NCBI RefSeq assembly: GCF_009914755.1
Contig: NC_060942.1
Length of the DNA stretch: 64,000 bases
Source of the DNA: the human T2T-CHM13v2.0 reference genome, Homo sapiens
Reading direction: 5' to 3' (one strand)
Shown here: one piece after another, positions 29,701 through 39,786 of the stretch
How the letters are laid out: each line of letters opens with the position of its first letter
Numbering within the stretch: position 1 is the first letter of the stretch
Notes under the pieces: generated by a model
Told to the model about the DNA's origin: nothing
The model's database searches: none
The model's input: only the letters and a program-made list of their open reading frames with translations
Program-made: the position numbers and the translations under genes

Positions 29701-31291
29701 CCCTTACCAGTCTGCCCTGGGTTTGGTTTAAATCCCCTAAATCCAGTCACCTCTAGCATGACCTACAAAGTGCACACATCTAGCTAGTTTCCTGATTTGC
29801 TCCAGCCTGTCCTTGCCTTCCATCACGTGGAAGACAAGCTCCTCTCATGCACGGTCATCCCAATCCAGCCCCTGCATTTCCTTCCAACCCTGCATCCCAC
29901 ATTTTCCCTATCTTGCACCCCATGTAACAGCACACTGGACTAGCTGTGGAGCCCTGAGTACAGAAGGGCCAGGTCTGTCTTCTCCTGGCTGATCCATCAT
30001 GACCTGGCTCGGGGATTGGCTGTGGAAAGTAGTCCACAAACACTTAAGGAACACTCTCTCAGCAGCCCTGGCGCACCCTGCAACACGCACAGGACCCAGA
30101 AGGCATCCTCCCAGAGCCGGAACACAGGAGCCTGCCCCGCTCCACCTCTTCCAAGCTGCATGGACTTGACCAAGCACCTTTACTTCCCCATTTCCTCCTA
30201 TCTAGGATGGAGATAATAAAACCTCCTCCCTGCAAACCACCATCTCAGAAGGCTGTAGTGAGAATCAAGCAAGACAATAATGGAGAAACTTCTTTGAAAA
30301 CAGTGAGGTGCCAGTCAAATCTAAGGGCTTCTGAGAGGGCAGCAGTAAATAGGTATTGCACACGGCAGCTCCTGGGGCCCACTGGGAGCCACTCACCACG
30401 AGCATGGTGCACGTGCCTGTGAGCAGGGCAGACAGAGTGGCTGCAACACAGGCTTCTTCCTTCGGTATTTTTATAAAGGGAATCGGGTGAAGGAAATGTC
30501 TTGGAATAGACAATCTTCCTAAACTCCCCCAAAATAACTTCAGTGGAAACAATTGTAACGTCCACTCTGCCGGCATTGTTTCAGTCCACTGTAGTATGGG
30601 AAAAGTCTCCCGGCATTTCCAACTCAACTGGGAATCCACTTGACTTCCAGACGTCTAGAAACAAAGGGATTGTGCCCAAGGGCCACTCTGGGTGTTCGTG
30701 GCCCTCTGGTGCCGAAGACAATTCCAGGGCCTGTGTATAGCTTACTCTTCCTCTCTCCCTCCCTTTGGGAGACATATTTGCTGAAGGGCTTTGTATTTTC
30801 CCATACATAACTTTGTAGGGGTCGTTACCAAAATAGTTTGTTAGAATACACTTGAGATTCTAGATTTCCCTCCAGTCAGTCACACAGCCCAGTGTTCCAG
30901 ATTCGAGGCCTCCCAATGCTCAGTGACTCTTTGCCACCTGCACCAGATAGAATCAGTCCTCTCCTAAAAGGTCTTTCCTTCTTCCTTTCTCTAGCTGGGA
31001 ACAGGTGCTCATGTCCCCAGTCCTTGTCTGGTCTTCCTGTCTCCCCACTCCTTCTCTTGTGAGTCTGTCCTCCTCAAAGAAATTGTCCAAGCATCTTTGC
31101 TCACTCCTGTCTCCCCTTTCCCTCTCCCTCCCAGACCCAAGTGGTGACACCAGCTCTCCCCTGGCCTGAGACAGATCTGAAGCCCTGGAATGTTTCTTCA
31201 CTCCCTCATCTATTCTTATCCTCCACCGCCCCTCACTTGCTGCCCCAGGTATTCCAGGACAATCCTATTTACCTGCCATTTTATCCTTTTC

Positions 31292-31517
31292 TTCTTTTTG
31301 AGACAGAGTCTCACTCTGTCACCCAGGCTAGAGCACAGTGGTGTGATTTCGGCTCACGGCAACGTCTGTCTCCCGGGTTCAAGCAATTCTTGTGCTTCAG
31401 CCTCCCGAGTAGCTGGATTACAGGCGTGTGCCACCATGCCCAGCTAATTTGTATATCTTTTAGTAGAGATGGGGTTTTGCCATGTTGGCCAGGTTGGTCT
31501 CAAACTCCTGACCTCAG
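31292..31517 (-). mobile_element. 5'-truncated AluS
   Basis: Stops at CCTGACCTCAG; perfect 14-bp TSD ATTTTATCCTTTTC (31278-31291 and 31518-31531) shows it was truncated at insertion. Confidence 0.92.
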
Positions 31518-31612
31518 ATTTTATCCTTTTCAAAAACCTGAGCTTGTTAATTGTCTCACTAAATGAGACTTAAGTTTTTATCTTTGTAAAACAAAACAAA
31601 AAACCCTTGCTC

Positions 31613-31749
31613 AACTCAACTGGGAATCCACTTGACTTCTGGAGGTCTGGAAACAAAGGGATTGTGCCCAAGGGCCACTCTGGGTGTTCATGGGCCACAA
31701 AAAAACAAAAACAAAAACAAAACAAAAAACAAAAAACAAAAAAAAAAAA
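31613..31749 (+). other. Tailed copy of intronic segment 30621-30703 (putative local retrocopy)
   Basis: About 84 nt differing by 5 substitutions and 1 indel from the source, then an A-rich tail at 31697-31749, flanked by ACCCTTGCTC / ACCCTTACTC. Confidence 0.75.
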
Positions 31750-31959
31750 CCACCCTTACTCCTATTTCTGGCTCACCATACACGAAGATCAGTTTCCTTC
31801 TTGCCTGGATCTTGTCCTCTCCACCTCTCTGCCTCTAATTCTCCCATCCATCAAAATCTCTCTCACTTCCCCCTCTTTGTAAGAAGTGTTTCCTAACCAT
31901 TCTGCTGGGACATTCTAGAATCTTTGCTTTCTCAGAACATGGTACCCTGCCTCATTACT

Positions 31960-32300
31960 TCTCAAACTTTAGCGTGCATATGAATAGCATGCAGATCTGG
32001 TGAACATGCAGCTTCTGATTCAGGAGGACTAGGGTAGGCCTGAACTTCTGCATCTCCAGCCAGCTCCCAGGTGAGACCAACGCGGCTGGTCCTCAGACCA
32101 CACTTTGAGTAGCGGAACCCTACAACAATGGTTCCCACATTTTGCTGCACAATGGGCTCCTGTGGAGGGGTGGGTTGAAAGAGACTGGTGCTAGTCTTCC
32201 ATCCCTAGACACTCTGATGTTTTTAGCATGGAGCTTGACCCAGGCATTGGGATTTTAAAATCTCCTCAGGTCATTATACTGTGCAGTGTGGGAACCACTG
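31960..32300. mobile_element. Two adjacent MER5-family elements; a third lies at about 32743-32912
   Basis: TTCTCAAACTTTAGCGTGCAT...CAGACCACACTTTGAGTAG; CAGGCATTGGGATTTTAAAATCTCCTCAGG...GAACCACTG; CAGTGGTTCTC...GCTGAGAGCCAC. Confidence 0.7.
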
Positions 32301-33112
32301 CCTTATTGCATAAAGTGAATATGGCTAAGCCTATTATTATTTCATCTGTGCTTACCTTGTCTCGACCTTGATAGACTACAGCCCTCTCTAAGGCAGGACT
32401 TGGTCAACATTTTGTTTTGAGCATTGATAGATGAACCAACTGATTAGATATTAGGCCCTTACGTGCTTTTCTGATGATGAATCGGTGTTAATGAGCATAT
32501 ATGTGTTGCCACAGAGAAATGTACTAGATATCAAGAGGGAAATAAAAATGGATCTTGGCAGACCATGGTGAAATCTACCCGGTGCCAGCATCAGCGGAGG
32601 GTGGCCCAGGCTGTCCTGTGTGGCAGGCTCCAAGGGCTCTGGGCATGTTTTTGGCCCTTTCCCACCCACAAGAGGAAAAAGAAATTCTACCTCTCTGGCC
32701 TGCTTGTTCTAAAAATACTCACTTTTTCTCCTTTTAGTCTGAGGCAGTGGTTCTCGACCACGTTGTAGACTCGCCTGGGGAGCTTTTAACATCTTTGATG
32801 CCCAGGCTGCACCCAGACCAAATGCATGAGAGTCTCTGGAGTGGGACCTGGGCATCGAGATGTTTTAAATGTCCCCAGGGGCTGTCACTGAGCAACCAGG
32901 GCTGAGAGCCACCAACCTCAGGTAAATGTAACCCCTTTATCCTCATCTCAGGTGGACTGAATTTGTCAGGTCCTTCTATGAAGGAGTGGGGAGAGAGTGT
33001 GAGAAGGCTGGGTACCTATCCAAGGCAGAAAACCAGCACCCAGTAGAGAGAAGGGCCCAGAGAGGGAAGACACTGCTGCCAAATGCGCCAGGTCTCCAAC
33101 ATGTCTCCAGTG

Positions 33113-33317
33113 CAAGGGTCTATCGGCCATGATCCACGCGCCAAGTCCAGCCCTCCATTGGTTTTTATAAATAAAGCTTTATTGGAACACAGCCACACTT
33201 CTGTAGCTGTTTTTGCCATACAGCTGCAGAGCTGAGTCATTGTGACAAAGACCTTATGGCCTGCAAAGCCTAAAATATTTAGTATTTGACTCTTTACAGG
33301 AAATCTGCTGATCCCTG
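33113..33317 (+). mobile_element. MER58A-like DNA transposon
   Basis: AAATAAAGCTTTATTGGAACACAGCCAC...GCAAAGCCTAAAATATTTAGTATTTG...CTGATCCCTG. Confidence 0.8.
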
Positions 33318-36300
33318 CTCTAGAGGGTTGACCCTGCATAGACTCCCTAACTGCAGTTTATGCGTTGGTGCCTATGCGGGGAATTTTTAAAACCACATTT
33401 TGGACTTTGTGTAAATTTTTAGTTGCTCTTAAAACAGAGCAGTGTCCTGGTGGCTGTGCTGACAATAAGTCCTGGTTGGCTTCCCTCACTCAGCTGTTGG
33501 GGTGGCAGGTGCTGCTGCTCCCACCCTCTGGTCCCAAAGACTCTCTTTGGTTGCCCTAGGGTGCCCGGCAGATGTTACTGTTTTCTCTGCAGGCTGTGAG
33601 TCGGGGGCTTGGGAAGCCCCATATCAAAACCTAGTAGATGTAAGAAGTTAGACACTCTGGCTAGGAATGGACGCTATTCCTGCCCAAGGACAATGGATTC
33701 AGGTGAGGAGGGCTGCAGGAGGCAGAGGCTCTGGAGACAGAGAGCAGGGAGGGGATGAGAGCTGCCCTCAGTCAGAGCCACAGGAACCCTGGCAGTGGAG
33801 GATGGCCAGGAAGCGCCTAAAGACTGAGCTTCAATATCCTGAGTCCAGGTTCTCAAATTCTCCGCCATTCCTTCTTGAGCCACCGCTGTGCCCCTGAAAG
33901 TAGGTCAGATCACTGTCTGCTACAGAGCCATGGTGGGAATGAGATACCAACTACGTCAGCAGGGCCACTATTGCTTAGTGAGCCTGCTGGCCAGAACCAA
34001 TGGCTGCCCAATTTAAGACAACCCATAAAGACCTTTTTATGTGGTGCAGACTCTTTAATGCCGTGCATCCACACAACAAAAGCTTAGCACTGCTTTCTGG
34101 GAATGGAACAAGTAATTGAATTTCTGAAATGATAAATTTCACTATAGTCAGAGAGAATGGTACAACCAGTCTCCTTAAAGCATCTGGATTCTCTTGTAAA
34201 ATTAACAAGTTGGAGTCGATTGTCTAATTTACTAAAGATATTTGGAACAGGACTTACAATTTCCTAGTATGCTTAAAATACAGTTCCACACAGAGATTTT
34301 TCTGCATGCAAGCAGCTTTTTAGGAACTCATCTTTGTCCATCTAATCTTTCTTCCTAATTGGAAACCTCTGTAAGACCTTATCCTTTGTCATTTCTGCAA
34401 GTTCCTCATGCTTTTTAAATTTTTGACCACACACTTGTCAGGGAGATCTATTATCTTCTTCTGGTACTGATCAGATTCACATGAAGCAGCACAGCTATTT
34501 TGGAAGCACAGCACAGAATTTGGAAGAAGGGAGAGGGAAGAAGTGAGGTGCTCTGGCACAACCCAGTTACAGCAACCTTGTAAATGTATGCATTCAGTGC
34601 TGGAATTGTTTACAGAGCGAGTGCCCACCACAATTGGGGCTAACCCTTTCTGTAGCTTGTTTAAAGCCACATTCATTATTCATTCATTCATTTGTTCACT
34701 CCATCAATCAGCATTTGTTGAGTACCTGCTATGTGACATTGCTGTGCAGAGTCATTATAATGGGATCTGGGGGTCTATTGCCAGAGAAAGGGAACCCACG
34801 CACACACTTCTGGATGGGCACTCGCTGCCGTCAGTGCTGGGTCTCATGACTGATGCTCTTATGAGCATTCCGCTACGGTTCAATCCTGAGCCTCATGGGA
34901 ATAGGCTTTGATGTTAGAGAACTGAGGTGCCACCCTAGTTCCATTGCTTACTTGCTGCATTTCTTTAGACATGCTGTTTAGTCTATCCAGCCCTCCTTTT
35001 CCTCATTTGTAGAGAATAGATAATCGTAGTACCTATATCTCAGGGCTATTGTGAGGTTTAAATTAGTTACTGTATCAGAAACTTTTCACTCAGTGCCTGC
35101 CTCCATACATTACAGCCCGTTGCTATCATTATGATAGCTCATAATCCATGTAGACATCATTTGGCTCCTTCTATGGCGAGGAGACTTTCTGAACACCTTC
35201 CAGGAAACTGGCATTGCTCAGTCAGGAGAAGAGCGCGTATTTATCGGGCAGGACTGGAGGGGAAGGAAAGAGTTCGCAGGGAACTTCCTGCCATTGTTGG
35301 GCTGTCTCCTCCGCATGTGACTCGGCTCAAAGATGCCCAAGCCTGGTCTTGCTGTCTCCTTTTTCTTTATGTTCTTGCCACTCTGAGGTATCCTAGGAGG
35401 AGCTAGTAGAACCTTTTGAAAACAGCCAAGGAGTGTCACAGATCTGGCAGGTTTCGTGCAAAGGCCCAAGCCGCCTCCCACAGATATTCCCCCTCTCCAC
35501 TTCTTCCCCAGCTGTCAGTCTCATTAGCATCTGCAACGTGTAAGATGCAATTCTGGAGGTGAAGCTTAGGGCTCTGGCATGGGGCGGGGGGCTTAGGAGT
35601 CCCTGGAGTCCCCTAGTCTTTGCCTAGGCTATGGGCCCAGCTGTGATCCAGAGTTTACTTTCACCTCCAGCCCTTTCACATCAGTAGACAGCACAAATCT
35701 AGGGCAGCGAGCCTGTGTCTTCTATAACCCAGTAGAGGCCATTGGATGGGACCCCCCTGTTGGTGCTGACTGGGGTCACAGTTTGGGCTGGCCTACCTCC
35801 TTGGACCCTGCTGCCCATCCATCGCAGGGTGGAACTCCTGGTCTCACCGTCCCGGCCTGTGTTACTTTGTGTGACCCCCGCCAGACATATTGCTCTCTTT
35901 ATGGGTACCGACACCGCTCTTAGTCTGTCTGGCTTGAGCTCTCGGGACCTAGGGTCCACTTGGACCCTTCTCTTTGCAAGCTGATCTGGCTTGAGCATTT
36001 CCCATTTGGGTTCAGCAAACATGTAATCCAGAACTGGCCAGGTGTGTTTCTATCTGTCATCTCCTTTGGTTTTCAGCATCTCATTTAATTCCTACAACGA
36101 AAGGTAGGTATTAGTCTCTCCATTTTCAGGCAGAGGAAACTGAAGCTTAGAGAGGATAAATGAGCAGCATGGGTGCCTGGCCAATGTACCTGCTGCCTTG
36201 CTGTCTCAGAAGTGAGACACTTGTTACACACAGGGGGCCTGTGGAGCTAAGTAGTGGGCCTAAGCATCTGTGGTGTGTTGTCACCATGCAGCCAGTGAAT

Positions 36301-37501
36301 GGCCACCTTTGTCCTCGGAGAGCTTACAGTTTCACTGAGTCCTGGGGGACCCAGGTCTTTGTTACCTTTTCCCTTTAACTGAAGGAGAGCTAGCAATCAC
36401 TAAGCACTGAGCCTTATGGTTAGAGGACATCAAGGATCCTGGCCTCTTGCAGAGCAAGAGATATTGCCTAGTTAAAGGCCACAGACCCCTGGGCCTCTGG
36501 GCCACCAATGAATGCTCTTGGTCCACAGTGGATCCAGTAAGAATGGCCCAACTCTGGCCTGTCAGGACAGTGGTCATCTTAACTTTTTATACAACAAACA
36601 ATTATGGAGGCTCATGGTATCTAAGGCACTGTGCCAGACACTGTGGGGCCTACAGAAGTGAAGGAAGCATGGCTCCTGAGCTCCTGAAAGTTTGTAGCTT
36701 GTTTGGGGAGGCAAGCATTTAAGTAACTATCTAGACCATTCAGACAGCAGGATGGAGTACTAGGAAGTTTGTCCAGTGTGCTGTGTGACCAGATGGATTC
36801 CTTCTCATGGGAACTGGGATCAGCTTTGCATGGCAGGGGCATTTGTGCTAATGGTAAAAGCTGACAGAATTTTAGGGGTAAACAGAAGTGGGAAGATGTT
36901 CCAGGCTGAAGACAAAGCCTGGAAGGAGGAGTGTGTGTTCAGGGATGGCATGGCAGGTGCACAGGGAAAGGGAGGCCCAGATGGTCCTTAAAGATCAGTG
37001 GCTGACCATTCTCCAGTCTAACTCCAAATGCCAGGGCAGGAACCCGGGTATCCTGGCCCCCAGCCCAGTGCTCCTTCTGCTGCATTGCTGTAAATAGAAG
37101 TTTAAAGTGGTTCTCAAGGCCAGAGGGGATTGGGGAGCAATCCATTTGCTGAAGCTTTTCCTCTGGATGGGCTTCTCCTGAGAGATGACATGTGAGGGGG
37201 TAGTGAGAATCTAAGGGATCACCTCCTCCTGATAAGCCAGAAAGCACCTCCACTGTTGGGAGGCTGTGATGCAGCCAGAAATAGTGATCCTGCCGTTGCA
37301 TCCTAGCCCTTGAGTCCATCACCCCAGCCCTGCAGTCCTGCAGTCCTGAAGCACAGGATCTGATCCCCTGAGCCTGGCTCATGCACTCTGGCCTTCCAGG
37401 TCAAGCGTGGGGTATGACCAGAGCCAGGAACCATGTGGCACTGCAGGGCAACTCTCTACTCCTCCCTCCTGAAAGTCAACTCAGTGGAAAATGTAGCCAT
37501 C

Positions 37502-37504
<3 letters not shown>

Positions 37505-37542
<38 letters not shown>
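37505..37542 (+). repeat. Pure A38 homopolymer
   Basis: Direct read. Confidence 0.95.
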
Positions 37543-37543
<1 letters not shown>

Positions 37544-37779
37544 CAAACTCCCCTCTGAAAACCCTATGGATGAAGGGAGCACTTGAAGGGAACACCAAGT
37601 ACACAAGGAGAAAATGACAAAATGCTGCTTTCCTGGCCTCTGCTGCTGGGCAGCTGGGTGATTCAGCTGCAGGGGCTGCCCTCCTGGAACCTGTCGCAGG
37701 AGATGCCCCGGCTGCATGCCAAGCTAGGAGGGCCCAGCAGCTGGCATGGGACTCGCTTCCATCCTGGGGAGGCAACTAT

Positions 37780-37913
37780 GTATTTATCTTATTTTCAGAG
37801 ACTGAGTCTCCTTGTGTTGCCCCGGCTGGTCTCGAACTCCTGGGTTCCAGTGATTCTCCTACCTCGGCCTCCCAAAGTGCTGGGATTACAGGCATGAGCC
37901 ACTGTGTACAGCC
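37780..37913 (-). mobile_element. Alu left monomer (FLAM_C/AluJ-like)
   Basis: GCTGGTCTCGAACTCCTGGG...CCTCCCAAAGTGCTGGGATTACAGGCATGAGCC; no right arm. Confidence 0.85.
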
Positions 37914-38794
37914 CAATTCTCCATTTTTAAATTTACTGGTTTATGAAATTTGAAATGTTGGGCACCACTAATTTAGGTCTACGACTTTATTTAAAGAAAC
38001 TCTAAGCTTCACATATTAAAGACTAAACAGAATAGGAATACCCTATTTGTTTTCTCTCAGCCTTGAATCTTTCCCGATCTTTTCAACCTGGTCATTCTGG
38101 TCTGGCTCACCTGTCCCTTTCTTAGGGAGGACTCTTCTGATGCCCTAATCTAAAGCATTATCCCCTTCCTATGGTTTGGTTTGGTTTTGAGCACACTTGT
38201 TTCTGTTTGAATGACCTTGGTGTTTTTAGCTGCAGGCTGGGGACTGTCATTTCCCCTTGGTAGAGTGGAAGTTCCTCTCTGTGGCCTAGGTCACTGTGGC
38301 ATCCCCAGCACCTAGTACAGCCGCTGGCACCACATAAGCCTCAGCAGAAATGTGTTGCCTGAATGAATGAAACCACGGATTGGCTTCCTGGACGAGGACC
38401 CACGTTTCAACCCTCTGTCCCTCCAGCACCAAGGCTGAGCTGCCCCTGCTGGTTCTCGGTCAGACCTGAGGAGAGAGGTCCTCTCTTCCCCACTCTTCTT
38501 ATCTGTGCTGTGGCTAGCTTCTTAGATACCCCCGAGCCTCCTGGTGCCCGACGGCCCCAGCAGGCTAGTCAGACCCAGTGTCTCAGTCGAGTTTCTTGGC
38601 TGCCGAGGCCTGAAATCTTCAGGGCCTTTGAGTAACATTCTGCCCTTGAGCAGGTTCACAGACTGGCTGGTCCTCTGGGAGACAGGCCCCTCCCTGGCTC
38701 TTCAGAGCCTCCTTGCAGCTTCCCCTCTTCTAGCTCTCTGCCTTGCCCAGAGTCCTGTGATGAGATGAGGGGAGGGATTGGGAAGTGCCAGCAT

Positions 38795-38836
38795 GGGGCT
38801 GGGGCTGGGGCTGGGGCTGGGGCTGGGGCTGGGGCT
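38795..38836 (+). repeat. (GGGGCT)7 hexamer repeat
   Basis: Direct read. Confidence 0.95.
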
Positions 38837-39434
38837 GGAGCCGGGTGGTGCAGGTCTGTGTGGAGGAAGCTGAGGTTGCAGGGACTGCTTTGGCCCAAGA
38901 GTGTCCTGGACACGGCCTGGGAGCTTAGCAGGTGGTTAGTTGATTAACACAGGTATGACCACATTCTAGGATGGTTTTGGGGTTTGGGCGGCTGCTTCCC
39001 AGCAGGTGCACAAAGACCACAGACGCAAGTGCTTACGAAGCCTCAGGTTGGAGGCCTTCCTAGCCCAGGGGTCTCCACATGCAGCGGGGCATTCTTGAGC
39101 TGGGCTGTCGACATGCCATTCATGCCCAGTCATCTCATTTAACCCTCGTAACGGTCCTCTGATATGCGTATGCTTCTTTATTACCACCATTTTTTAGGTG
39201 AGAAAACTAGAAGCTTAAATAAGGTAGGCATTGCTGCCAGCTCCTGCGGTAAGTGGCAGTGACAGCATCTAGCCAAAACGTTTGATGCCTGATCTCTGCT
39301 CAGGGCACCTGGATCTGCATTGCTGCAGTCCCCCAGCTCTCCAATTCCACGTGAGCACACTCCACACTGGCTCGGCAGATACTGAGAGGCAGGTCCTGCT
39401 GCTCTCGCCTTCACTGTGGCCTCCTTATCCATGC

Positions 39435-39786
39435 TGATATGGCTTGGCTGTGTCCCCACCCAGATTTCACTTTGAATTATAATAATTGCCACGTGTCAAG
39501 GGCTGGGCCAGGTGGGGATAATTGAAGGGAGATGGTTTCCTCCATGCTGTTCTCATGGTAGTGAGTAAGTTTCATGAGATGTGATGGTTTTATAAAGGGG
39601 AGTTCCCCTGTACATGCTCTCTTTCTGCTACCATGTAAGATGTGACTTTGTTCGTCCTTTGCCTTCTGCCATAATTGTGAGGCCTCCCCAGCCATGTGGA
39701 ACTGTGAGTCCATTAAACCTCTTTCCTTTATAAATTACCCAGTCTCAAGTATGTCCCTATTAGCAGTGTGAGAACAGGCTAATACA
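39435..39786 (+). mobile_element. THE1-family (THE1C-like) MaLR solo LTR
   Basis: TGATATGGCTTGGCTGTGTCCCCACCC...GGCTAATACA with TG...CA ends and a perfect 5-bp TSD CATGC (39430-39434 and 39787-39791). Confidence 0.92.

Noticed and set aside
30533-30555. Iron-responsive-element-like CAGTG loop
   Set aside because: The loop reads CAGTGG, the stem is weak and the site is intronic.
30600-30730. Self-cleaving ribozyme explaining the retrocopy end
   Set aside because: I could not place a hammerhead core (CUGANGA...GAAA) or an HDV-like nested pseudoknot by eye.
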